DNA of 36,749 bases from a virus (Duplodnaviria; Caudoviricetes). Under the pieces are notes generated by a model, which was not told the DNA's origin, ran no database searches, and saw only the letters and a list, made by a program, of their open reading frames with translations. Both the position numbers and the translations under genes were made by a program. Positions 1 to 9,066 of the stretch are shown piece after piece (position 1 is the first letter of the stretch; the number at the start of each line of letters is the position of its first letter). The stretch is from IMG/VR virus record IMGVR_UViG_3300020045_003121, positions 1 to 36,749 of that record; one strand, written 5' to 3'.

Positions 1-2
1 AT

Positions 3-1190
3 GTGCTTAACCAACTTTATGCAGCTAGAGAGCAGTGTAAGCAGGTTATTTATGAAGTAACCGGCATAAGCGATATTATCCGAGGTTCAACCGTAGCCAG
101 CGAGACAGCGACAGCGCAAAGCATAAAAAGCCAATGGGGAACCATGCGCCTCAAACGCACACAGGGCGAGGTGCAGCGATATTGCCGTGATTTGCTTAGG
201 CTAATGCTTGAGATTGCGGCGACTAAGTTTAGTGAACAGACCTGGGTTGAAATGACCAGCCTGCCCTATGCAACAGAGCAAGAGACAGCACAGGCGCAAA
301 TGGTATTGCAGGCCGCACAAGCCCAGGCCATGCAATTTCAAGCGGCACAGCAGCCGCTACCGCCACAGGTTCAGCAAGCCATGCAGCAAGCGCAAGCCAC
401 TATGCAGAAGCCGCAATGGTCGCAAGTGTTGGAATTGCTCAAAAACGACATGCAGCGCAGCTACCAGATAGACATTGAAACAAACTCTACAGTACTGCCA
501 GAAGCCATCGAAGATCAGAAAAACATTGCTGAGGTTATGACGGCTTTGGGCCAGTACTTGCAAGGCGTAACGCCATTAATTCAAGAAGGCGCGTTCCCTT
601 TCGAGGCTGCTAAAGCGATGATGACGGCAGTAGTTAGGCGATACCAGTTCGGCGATGAAATCGAGCAGTATATTAACGAAATGAAAGCGCCGCCTCCACC
701 GCAACAGCCAGCAGAAAAGCCGGATAATTCCATGCAGGTTAAGCAAATGGAATTGCAAGCTAGCCAGGTCAGCGAGCAAGCGGCAGGACAGCTTGAATTG
801 CAGAAGATTGAAGCCAATAGAGTGATCGAGCAAGGTCGGGCGGCTACGCAGATGAAGATCAAGCAGATGGAAATAGACGCTCAGCAAGCAATCGAAGCCA
901 TGAGGATTCAGTCACAGCAAGAGCTAGAATCTAGCAAGATTGCAGCGCAACAGGCGCTAGAGTCGGCAAAAATCGAGTCACAACAGGCGATTGAAGCAGC
1001 AAAAATACAGTCTAGCGAGTCGTTAGAAATGTACAAAGCTAATTTGCAGGCTGAATCGGCAGCGGTAGAGCCGACAGAGAAAGAGGATAATTCCAAGGTC
1101 ATGGAAGTCATGGAGAAGTTGTTAGAGGCTATATCCAAGCCAAAACAAATACAGCGCGGCGCAGATGGCCGTATATCATCAATACATTAA
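3..1190 (+). CDS. Portal protein, C-terminal part (5'-truncated by window edge)
   Basis: Motif 'IYEVTGISDIIRG...ETATAQSIKSQWG' is typical of podovirus portals, followed by a long Q/E/A coiled-coil tail. terL lies at the other end of the window. Confidence 0.85.
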   Translation: MLNQLYAAREQCKQVIYEVTGISDIIRGSTVASETATAQSIKSQWGTMRLKRTQGEVQRYCRDLLRLMLEIAATKFSEQTWVEMTSLPYATEQETAQAQMVLQAAQAQAMQFQAAQQPLPPQVQQAMQQAQATMQKPQWSQVLELLKNDMQRSYQIDIETNSTVLPEAIEDQKNIAEVMTALGQYLQGVTPLIQEGAFPFEAAKAMMTAVVRRYQFGDEIEQYINEMKAPPPPQQPAEKPDNSMQVKQMELQASQVSEQAAGQLELQKIEANRVIEQGRAATQMKIKQMEIDAQQAIEAMRIQSQQELESSKIAAQQALESAKIESQQAIEAAKIQSSESLEMYKANLQAESAAVEPTEKEDNSKVMEVMEKLLEAISKPKQIQRGADGRISSIH

Positions 1191-1199
1191 GGTAAAACC

Positions 1200-1598
1200 A
1201 TGGCTAACGCGCTCTATCCAAAATGGAAAGAATCATTAATCCAGCTTACCGCTAACAACAGCTTAACTGGCACGGTCAAGGCGGCGCTGGTTGATACTGG
1301 CACGTATACTTATTCGGCGGCGCACCAGTTTCTGTCTAGTTTATCCGGTGTCGTCGGCACTGCGGCCACACTTGGCACAAAGAGCTACACAAACGGCGTA
1401 TTTGATGCGGCTGACGTTACTTATACGGCGGTTTCTGGCTCAAGTGCCGAGGCTATCGTGTTGTATATCGATACCGGCGTGGCGGGCACTTCGCCATTGG
1501 TAGCGTATATCGATACTGGTGCGACTGGTTTGCCGGTTACGCCAAACGGTAGCGACATATCAATCGCCTGGAATGCGTCTGGAATCTTTGCGCTATGA
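1200..1598 (+). CDS. Putative virion structural protein (minor tail-like beta protein)
   Basis: T/G/A/S-rich, with 'GVFDAADVTY...LVAYID...LPVTPNGSDISIAW' resembling a recurrent small phage structural family. SD-like AAGG upstream. Confidence 0.55.
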   Translation: MANALYPKWKESLIQLTANNSLTGTVKAALVDTGTYTYSAAHQFLSSLSGVVGTAATLGTKSYTNGVFDAADVTYTAVSGSSAEAIVLYIDTGVAGTSPLVAYIDTGATGLPVTPNGSDISIAWNASGIFAL

Positions 1599-3805
1599 CT
1601 ACTTATGTAAATGACACATTTACAGGTTCAGACGGCACGTTAATAAACGCGCACACGGGCGAAACTGGCGCGACGTGGGCGGCTGGTATTGGGTTTACAG
1701 ACCCTAATGTACCGAGGATTTTTAGCAATAGACTGCGCGGCGGCACAACTGCTGGATCAAATATTTTCTTTGCCTCTGGTGTAGCAACGGCGGACGGCGA
1801 ATATGCAGAGGCTGTTGTTCAGACAATAACAACGGCGGCCAGTTTTGGTATTTTTGCGCGTGGTTTTGCTAACTCAGGCGGAAACGCTCGCGGATATATG
1901 GCGTTTTATTCATCGTCTGCTGGTGTTTGGAAGATTTTACGTCTTGACAATACATCTACTTTTACGCAGATAGGAAGCGACGCCACGCAAGCATTATCAG
2001 TTGCCAGTCATACGATCAGAGTAACTGTTACAGGCACTGGTGCAAGCGTAGCAATTGAGCTAAAAATTGACGGATCGACTGTTATATCAACAACAGATTC
2101 AACGGCCGGCCGCATAACATCTTTCGGATCGCCCGGTATCTATTTCGATTCAACGGCAAGCGACACCGCCGGAACGCACATTGATAGCATTACTGCTGTT
2201 GATACAGCGGTTAGCGCTTCGATAGCAATCACAACACCAGTTGCTGGTAGGATTCATCAGCGCAGCGGCACAACCGGCACGGTAACTGTGACTGGCACAT
2301 ACACTGGCACAGCACCAGCGACTATCGAAGCTAGATTGGTTCAAGACAGCACAAATACTGCTGTTAGTGGTTTCGATTGGTCAACTAAAGTTGCGAGCCC
2401 AAGCGGTGGTGCTTATTCGTTCTCTTTTACAAGTGTTCCACAAGGCGGCTGGTATAACGTCCAGGTGAGGTATTCTGATAATACGGCAATCAATGCGACA
2501 TCGGGTAAGGTTGGTGTAGGCGCATTAGTAGCGCTCACAGGCCAGAGCCAGGCATGGTTGTGGTTTAGGAATAGATCAACATCACTAACACCAAATACCT
2601 TAGTTAGATCATTCGGAAATATTGGCACTTGGGCTGTGCCTGATGTAGCTAATATGTCGGCAGCGGTGGCGTTTGGTAATGCGCTGGCAACAGCTTTAAG
2701 TATTCCAGTTGGTGTGCTTGACTATGCAGCAGATGCAAGCTACCTGCACAACTATAGCGCTAACTCGTGGCTGCCTACAACTAACTCACCCTATACCACG
2801 TTCAAAAATGGCGCTATTACCGGGCTTGATGGAAAGCTGGAGGCTGTGGTCTGGGTGCAAGGCGAGGGCGATGCAGGCTCTAGCGCAACACAAGCACAGT
2901 ATTATGCTGATCTAGGCACACTAATAAGTGCTATGCGCACAGATACTGGCCAATCCACCCTGCCGATAGTTTTAGTCACGTTGGCGCGTATTTTGAGCGG
3001 AACTGTTACCGACGCACAAGGGCAAGCGGTTAGGCTGGCTCAGGCTCAAAAATGTGCTGATGCTAATGTTTATCGTGTTGACCGTATGGACTTGGCGCTA
3101 GATACGGACAATATCCATCATACAGCGGCAGCTTTTGAAATACTCGGCACTCGTTGCGCTCAGGCTATCAAGTATGTTTTAGGTGCGGCGTCTTATTATC
3201 GAGGTCCACAGATAGCAAGCGTGTCAAAAAAAGACGCCACAAACTTTTACGTCAATTTGACGCACAACGGCGGCACAGACTTTACACCGACTAGCGGCGT
3301 AACTGGCTGGCGTGTGCTAGATGGATCAACGCCTATCAGTGTCACGACAGCGGTTAGAATATCTGCGACAAAGGTGCAGCTAACACTAGCATCAGCGCCT
3401 AGCGCTTTACCATCTGTTCAATATTTGTGGGGTGTAACACCGACAGTTACAGGTGTTTTAAAAGACAATTCAGCACTGGCATTGCCGCTTGAGTTTACAG
3501 ATGGCGTTACAGCGCAGCAATTATCCGCAACTGTCAATCTGGTTAATGCTTCAAATGCCGCGCAGGTGAGTTTGACCGGGCTTAAATGGGCCTGGTTCGA
3601 TCAAGTAACGCCTGATTTGTTTGTCGCACCGACAGACCAGGGATCAACGGAAACAACGGACGGCAGCGGAAGCTTGTCTGTGCTTATACCAAACTCGGCG
3701 AAAACAAGCGGCCAAATAGGCTGGTTAGTCGTTACAAACAGCGACGGCACAACGACACAAAGCCCGGCGCATAAAGCGTTTTCCGGCCCGGCGGCGGTTG
3801 ACTGA
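1595..3805 (+). CDS. Virion-associated SASA/DUF303-type (SGNH) carbohydrate O-acetylesterase with flanking beta-rich domains
   Basis: Motifs LTGQSQA, VVWVQGEGDA and DNIHH match the GQSN / QGExD / DxxH blocks of SASA esterases. The N-terminus is T/S/G-rich and lectin-like. Confidence 0.75.
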   Translation: MTTYVNDTFTGSDGTLINAHTGETGATWAAGIGFTDPNVPRIFSNRLRGGTTAGSNIFFASGVATADGEYAEAVVQTITTAASFGIFARGFANSGGNARGYMAFYSSSAGVWKILRLDNTSTFTQIGSDATQALSVASHTIRVTVTGTGASVAIELKIDGSTVISTTDSTAGRITSFGSPGIYFDSTASDTAGTHIDSITAVDTAVSASIAITTPVAGRIHQRSGTTGTVTVTGTYTGTAPATIEARLVQDSTNTAVSGFDWSTKVASPSGGAYSFSFTSVPQGGWYNVQVRYSDNTAINATSGKVGVGALVALTGQSQAWLWFRNRSTSLTPNTLVRSFGNIGTWAVPDVANMSAAVAFGNALATALSIPVGVLDYAADASYLHNYSANSWLPTTNSPYTTFKNGAITGLDGKLEAVVWVQGEGDAGSSATQAQYYADLGTLISAMRTDTGQSTLPIVLVTLARILSGTVTDAQGQAVRLAQAQKCADANVYRVDRMDLALDTDNIHHTAAAFEILGTRCAQAIKYVLGAASYYRGPQIASVSKKDATNFYVNLTHNGGTDFTPTSGVTGWRVLDGSTPISVTTAVRISATKVQLTLASAPSALPSVQYLWGVTPTVTGVLKDNSALALPLEFTDGVTAQQLSATVNLVNASNAAQVSLTGLKWAWFDQVTPDLFVAPTDQGSTETTDGSGSLSVLIPNSAKTSGQIGWLVVTNSDGTTTQSPAHKAFSGPAAVD

Positions 3806-4407
3806 TGGCACTCTATGACAGCCAGCGGTTAAGCGGCAATGCGGTTTATGACTCGCAGCAATACGAGGCTGGCTCTGGATTGCAAACGCTATCGCCTGGA
3901 CTGTTTACTAATGACAATGCGTTCTATGCGCCGATTGTTTCTCTGGCAGGCGGCAGTCAATCGCTTACGCAGTCAAGCCGCTTTGATAATGCAAACAGTT
4001 TTTACCCTGCGAGTGTTAGCGGTGGAGCGGTATCTCTACCGGCATCAACTGGCGGGGGTGGCGGTGGCATCTATTACCAAGACCAGCCAAAACGAAAGAT
4101 AAAGAAAAACAGAGTAAGGCAGATTATTGATGATGCTGTTGACGAGTATTTGGAAGATAAGAAGCCAAAAGCATCGATTAAAAAATCGCTGAAAGAAGCG
4201 GTTAAGACTGACATTGTTGGTGCGCCAATATCACAGGCTGTTGAGGTTATCGATTTACAAGCAGAGAAAGCGTTACTACATGATATTATCCAGGCGCATG
4301 AAGAAGAAGACTTAAACGATATAGCGACGTATTTAGAGCTGGAAAAGAATTTTGTTATAGAACTTCTAATCAAGATAAGGGGGATTATTGCCAAGGTATC
4401 AATATAA
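3805..4407 (+). CDS. Hypothetical protein (beta-rich repeat N-half, Gly linker, charged C-half)
   Basis: ORF coupled to the upstream gene (TGATG). Internal repeat FTNDNAFYAP / FDNANSFYPA. Confidence 0.6.
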   Translation: MALYDSQRLSGNAVYDSQQYEAGSGLQTLSPGLFTNDNAFYAPIVSLAGGSQSLTQSSRFDNANSFYPASVSGGAVSLPASTGGGGGGIYYQDQPKRKIKKNRVRQIIDDAVDEYLEDKKPKASIKKSLKEAVKTDIVGAPISQAVEVIDLQAEKALLHDIIQAHEEEDLNDIATYLELEKNFVIELLIKIRGIIAKVSI

Positions 4408-4816
4408 CTGCCATAGATGCGGCGATTTTGACCGCATTCTAAGAGTGGCAGACCATGTAAGAGAATTGCCGTGTATGTGCGGCGAAACAGCCAGGCAGGT
4501 AATCACAGCGCCGACTGTTGTTATACCAGCTCATATGAGCGCTACAGGCCAAACAGCCTACGAGTCGCCAGCTACCGGCAACATCATCACAAGCGAACGA
4601 GAGCGTAAGAACGATTTGGCTGCGAGCGGCTGTATTGAATACGAGCCAGGCATGAAGCAAGACGCAGATCGTCGCAAGGCAGCTGAAGAAAAGGCGCTTG
4701 ATGCCGCGGTAGATGAAACCGTGGAGCGTGAATTTGCCACTATGCCAACCGCTAAACTGGAACAGCTTACTAATGAGCTATCCAGTGGTGCAGAAGTTGA
4801 AACCGTAAGAATTTAA
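4388..4816 (+). CDS. FmdB-like zinc-ribbon protein
   Basis: MPRYQYNCHRCG...CMCGE...VITAP pattern. TTG start with GGGG SD. A common position before the scaffold gene. Confidence 0.7.
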   Translation: MPRYQYNCHRCGDFDRILRVADHVRELPCMCGETARQVITAPTVVIPAHMSATGQTAYESPATGNIITSERERKNDLAASGCIEYEPGMKQDADRRKAAEEKALDAAVDETVEREFATMPTAKLEQLTNELSSGAEVETVRI

Positions 4817-4831
4817 ACAAGGGGAATATAA

Positions 4832-5776
4832 ATGGATGAAGATTTTGACATTGATGCAGGTGTTGACGCGATTGCTTCTGATATGGGCTGGGAGTCTGAA
4901 GAAGCAGACACAGAAATTATTGACGAGCCAGAGGAAGAAATAGATGAGCTGCAAGAAGCCGAAACCGAAACCGCCGAAGAAGTAGATGTGCCAGAAGTAA
5001 CAGCGAAATCGCCGCCAGCGTCTTGGGCTAAAGACAAGCACGATCTTTGGAGCACTTTGTCGGCAGATGTGCAGGAGTACATCGAAATGCGAGAAAAGCA
5101 AGCTGCTGATGGCATGAATGGATTCAAGGAGGCAAGGGAATACAGCAACGCTATTCAGCAAACAATAGCCCCATTCAGGGAAATGCTGCAAACGCACGGC
5201 GTTAATGAAGTCGAAGCCATTGGTAATTTGTTTCAATGGAATCAGGCTTTGCAGTCTGGCACGTTAGAACAGAGGCAGCAGGCATTGATAGCGCTGGGCA
5301 ATGATTTAGGCTTAATTCCACGCGAAGGACAGCCACAAGTAGACCCACGCACTCAAGAGCTACAGCAAAGGCTTGATCGTATCGAGCGCCAGGAAAAGCA
5401 GCGTGAGCAGTACACCTATCGGCAGAATTATCAGAAAGTAGCGGCAGAGGTAGAAGCGTTTGCGGCCGATCCTGCGCATGAGCATTTTGAAGATGTGGCC
5501 GACGATGTGATTTTGCTGCTAAAGACCGGCATAGACTTGAAAGACGCTTATGACAAGGCAGTCTGGGCTAACCCGATTACAAGAGCCAAAGAGCAAGCAA
5601 GATTGCTTGAGTCTGAAACTAAGAAATTGGCAGGCAAAAACACCCTGGAAGCCAAGAACGCTATCAAGGCAAAATCTACCAACGTCAAGCCTGTACGCAG
5701 CAATAAAGCATCTGAATCGCCATTGGGCTCAATGGAGGATACGATGTTGGAAACTCTAAAGGCTTTACGTGGTTAA
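4832..5776 (+). CDS. Capsid scaffolding protein
   Basis: Very acidic N-terminus, 'PPASW', helical body and 'LKDAYDKAVWANP'. Lies directly upstream of the major capsid gene. Confidence 0.75.
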   Translation: MDEDFDIDAGVDAIASDMGWESEEADTEIIDEPEEEIDELQEAETETAEEVDVPEVTAKSPPASWAKDKHDLWSTLSADVQEYIEMREKQAADGMNGFKEAREYSNAIQQTIAPFREMLQTHGVNEVEAIGNLFQWNQALQSGTLEQRQQALIALGNDLGLIPREGQPQVDPRTQELQQRLDRIERQEKQREQYTYRQNYQKVAAEVEAFAADPAHEHFEDVADDVILLLKTGIDLKDAYDKAVWANPITRAKEQARLLESETKKLAGKNTLEAKNAIKAKSTNVKPVRSNKASESPLGSMEDTMLETLKALRG

Positions 5777-5778
5777 TC

Positions 5779-5807
5779 TTGACTATTAGATTGTTATAAT
5801 ATAACAT
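5779..5807 (+). promoter_or_regulatory. Sigma70-type promoter for the major capsid gene
   Basis: TTGACT(5779)-17 nt-TAACAT(5802), plus an overlapping extended -10 TGnTATAAT (5792-5800). Confidence 0.6.
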
Positions 5808-5926
5808 CACGTCAACCTTACAGGTTTGCATTAAATCTTCACGCAAGCCAAAAAAGCCCCTTACAGGGCAACTTTTGAAAGCGAAGTGATTAACATCATT
5901 TTTAACTTTTATAGGAGTTGCCCGTC

Positions 5927-6889
5927 ATGGCATCCGCAAATAGCACATTTACCGAATTGGTCAGCACGACCTTTCGTAAACATCGCAAAGAGATTAAAGA
6001 CAACTTAAGCAACCGTAACGCGCTTCTGAAATACATGAAGCAGCGTGGCAACTATATTACCGAAGATGGCGGCTTAACTATTGCCACCCCATTGGATTAC
6101 GCGGCTAACGGTACTTACCAGCGTTATTCAGATTGGGATACCCTAAACATCAGCCAAAGTGATGTTTTAAGCGCCGCTGAATATGAATGGAGACAAATCG
6201 CTATCAACGTGGTTGCCTCCGGTCGTGAGCTGCGCATTAACTCAGGTGATTCACGCATTATCAATCTGGCTAAAGCGAGAATGAAAAATGCTATCAGAAC
6301 ATTCAACAACAACTTTTCAAGTGACTTGTACAGTTCTGGTTCGCTAGGAAATCAGATTAACGGATTGCAAAAAATTGTTGCTGACTCCGGCGCTGGTACT
6401 GTTGGAGGTATTGATGCTGCCACATGGTCATTCTGGCAAAACAAAGTATTCGACTTGTCCGTCAACTCTGTAACAATTTCAGCTTCAACCATCGAGGGAT
6501 CTGCTATGTTGCCTTTGTGGCTGCAATTGGATCGCGGCCCGGATGATTGCCCGGACTTGATCGTAGCTGATAACAACTATTACAGTTATTTTGAAAACAG
6601 CCAAACTAGCTTAAAACGCTATGCCGACGCAGGCAAAGCACAAGCCGGTTTCGTTACGCTGAAATACAAAACTGCTGATGTTATCTATGACGGCAACAGC
6701 GGCATCCCTGCTAACCGTATGTATTTCTTGAACACCGAGTATTTGAAACTGGTTGTGCATAAAGATGCTGATTTGACCGAGGTTCCAGAACAACGTCCGG
6801 TCAACCAGGATGGTAGCGTTATTCCGATCTTGTGGATGGGTAATCTAACTTGCAGTAACCGCGCACAACAAGGCGTCATCATCCCGTAA
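5927..6889 (+). CDS. Major capsid protein
   Basis: About 320 aa after the scaffold gene, with 'TELVSTTFRKHRKEIKDN...NALL...GLQKIVAD...GGIDAATWSFWQN...GNLTCSNRAQQG' typical of podovirus-type MCPs. AGGAG at 5913-5917 favours ATG 5927 over TTG 5918. Confidence 0.9.
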   Translation: MASANSTFTELVSTTFRKHRKEIKDNLSNRNALLKYMKQRGNYITEDGGLTIATPLDYAANGTYQRYSDWDTLNISQSDVLSAAEYEWRQIAINVVASGRELRINSGDSRIINLAKARMKNAIRTFNNNFSSDLYSSGSLGNQINGLQKIVADSGAGTVGGIDAATWSFWQNKVFDLSVNSVTISASTIEGSAMLPLWLQLDRGPDDCPDLIVADNNYYSYFENSQTSLKRYADAGKAQAGFVTLKYKTADVIYDGNSGIPANRMYFLNTEYLKLVVHKDADLTEVPEQRPVNQDGSVIPILWMGNLTCSNRAQQGVIIP

Positions 6890-6892
6890 GCC

Positions 6893-6923
6893 GATAGCCC
6901 GGTGAAATATCCGGGCATCTTTT
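6893..6923 (+). terminator. Probable intrinsic terminator after the MCP gene
   Basis: GCCCGG/CCGGGC stem (extended by GAT/ATC) followed by a short T-run. Confidence 0.6.
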
Positions 6924-6944
6924 AACGAATTCGAGGAACTAAAA

Positions 6945-7673
6945 ATGTTTGCACCAATTACCCCATACGCAGGAGTCCAGCCATTTAATGACTGGTTCGA
7001 CTGCGATACTACACAGCGCGCCCCATTGGGCACTGCTGTTGATGCTGTTGACCCTTTCTGGGGCCAAGGCAGATTTATTTATTTGAAGTCCAATGACGCA
7101 ATCCTTAAAGGCTCTGCGGTTTTTTGGGATGAGTCACACAATGCGGCTTTGTTGCCTAGCGCCACTCTGCAAGGCTTCCCGTTTGCTATTAGCATGACGA
7201 CAGCACCCAGCGGTGAATACTTTTGGGCGCAGACTCAAGGTCGGGCTGTTTACAAAACTAACGCAACAGTTGCCGCTGATGGCATCTTAGCAATTGCCGC
7301 TGCTGGAATCTTAGGCGCAACTGCTACGGGTAAGCAGGTATTAGGCATTAGAAACCGCAAATCAGCAACCGGAACCGAAACACTGACAAACGGAAATATT
7401 ATTACCGGACAAGCTCAGATATTTTTCCCGGGTGGTTACGATGGCGCTTTCTTGGGTGCCGCAATTACTGGCTCAGTTACTGGCATTCCAGCTAGCTCTA
7501 TTGTTGTTAAATTGGGGTCAGATGGTAAAACCGTTTATCTTGGCGATACAGTAGGTGCCACTCCAAACAAATTGGCTACAGCAACGACCACAATCCCAAC
7601 TGTAACAATTACTTATACCGGCTACGGATCAGGAATTTTGCAAAATCCATCTTGCATGGTTCCAGTCGCTTAA
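6945..7673 (+). CDS. Putative capsid decoration/cement protein
   Basis: Immediately after the MCP gene, G/T/A-rich, GAGG SD. Assignment is positional. Confidence 0.5.
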   Translation: MFAPITPYAGVQPFNDWFDCDTTQRAPLGTAVDAVDPFWGQGRFIYLKSNDAILKGSAVFWDESHNAALLPSATLQGFPFAISMTTAPSGEYFWAQTQGRAVYKTNATVAADGILAIAAAGILGATATGKQVLGIRNRKSATGTETLTNGNIITGQAQIFFPGGYDGAFLGAAITGSVTGIPASSIVVKLGSDGKTVYLGDTVGATPNKLATATTTIPTVTITYTGYGSGILQNPSCMVPVA

Positions 7674-7717
7674 CTCCACTAGGCCAAGGATGGCCGCCCC
7701 TTTAATTTAGAGGCTTT

Positions 7718-8356
7718 ATGCAAATACAAGAAGAATCAACGATTATGCCTTATGTGAGATTCGAGCGGCGAGCGGTTGAGAATGTCGCTAAATCACGCGA
7801 AGAAGGGCGCTATGTTGGCGTAGATATTGATTTTGTCAATGTAACTCCACCAGGATCAAAAGATGTATGGACAAACAAGGTTAGCATCTGGCTTGACCAG
7901 TTAGACAAAGATAAACGGGATGGACGGATTCCTCCTGAATGGGTAGACAAATATAGTAAAGCGTACCAAGCATGGCAAAGCGGCCAGGAATTGCCGCTAG
8001 AAGGCACACCAATTAGAGGATGGGGTGTTATTTCCCCGGCACAACAAGAAGCACTAATTCGCCTTAACATCCTAACGGTTGAGGTTTTATCCAGCATCAA
8101 CGACGAAGGATTGCGCCGTATTGGCATGGGCGCTGTTGATATGCGCAACAAGGCCGACGCATGGCTTAAACAGTTGAGCAAGGCAGGCAAGCCAACGCTC
8201 GAAATTGCATCTTTGAAAAAAGAAAACTCCGAGCTGAGAACTACGGTTGAGACTCTGGAAAAACGCTTGGAAGAAATGGCTGTTGCTGTTAAGCAATTAA
8301 CAGCGCGGCCAATAACAGAATCGATTGACTCTGATGACTTGCTAGGCGACGACTAA
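7718..8356 (+). CDS. Conserved phage protein with C-terminal coiled coil
   Basis: Clean ORF with SD. 'EGTPIRGW...LNILTVEVL' followed by a coiled coil. Confidence 0.6.
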   Translation: MQIQEESTIMPYVRFERRAVENVAKSREEGRYVGVDIDFVNVTPPGSKDVWTNKVSIWLDQLDKDKRDGRIPPEWVDKYSKAYQAWQSGQELPLEGTPIRGWGVISPAQQEALIRLNILTVEVLSSINDEGLRRIGMGAVDMRNKADAWLKQLSKAGKPTLEIASLKKENSELRTTVETLEKRLEEMAVAVKQLTARPITESIDSDDLLGDD

Positions 8357-9066
8357 TGAACGTATTACAGCTAGTTCAGAAGTTTTGCCGAAGAACTGGC
8401 ATACCAGCACCATCGACAGCGGTTGGATCAACTGACAATCAGGTTTTACAAGCGCTGGCGATACTGGAAGAAGATGTAAACGACTTAGCCAAGCGCCACA
8501 CTTGGCAGGGGCTTATCCAGGCAGGAAGTCACACAACGATAGCGCTGGAAGATCAGGGCGATATTGCAACGCTAGACCCTGGTTTCCGCTATATCAGTAA
8601 CGATACTATGTGGGATGAGACAGACGGATTACCTGTGATTGGCCCATTAAGCGGCCAACAATGGCAGTCTTTAAAGGCTACGTTTGGCAATGGCCCACGC
8701 TATCAGTTCAGAATACGCGGCAATCACTTGCTGGTTAACCCTATCCCGGCGGCAGGTCATGCCTGGTCTTGGGAATATGCTAGCAAAAACGCAATTCTGG
8801 ACACAGACGGCACAACAACAAAAGAATTTTTCACGGCAGACACAGATACTTTTTTGCTGCCTGATGACTTGCACCTTTTGGGCTTGCGCTGGCGGTGGAT
8901 GCGCGAAAAAGGGCTAGATTACGCTGAGCTTTTCAATACTTACGAGTTCCAAGTCAAAGACGCTATGGGGCGAGATGGTGGCGCGGCTAGATTGTCTTTG
9001 GACGGTTGCAGAAATGAAATGCAGCCTGGTATTTTTGTTCCAAACGGAAATTGGACAATTCCATAA
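8356..9066 (+). CDS. Head-tail adaptor / tail tubular protein A-like
   Basis: Helical N- and C-termini with a beta middle, 236 aa, positioned before the nozzle gene. Confidence 0.65.
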   Translation: MNVLQLVQKFCRRTGIPAPSTAVGSTDNQVLQALAILEEDVNDLAKRHTWQGLIQAGSHTTIALEDQGDIATLDPGFRYISNDTMWDETDGLPVIGPLSGQQWQSLKATFGNGPRYQFRIRGNHLLVNPIPAAGHAWSWEYASKNAILDTDGTTTKEFFTADTDTFLLPDDLHLLGLRWRWMREKGLDYAELFNTYEFQVKDAMGRDGGAARLSLDGCRNEMQPGIFVPNGNWTIP

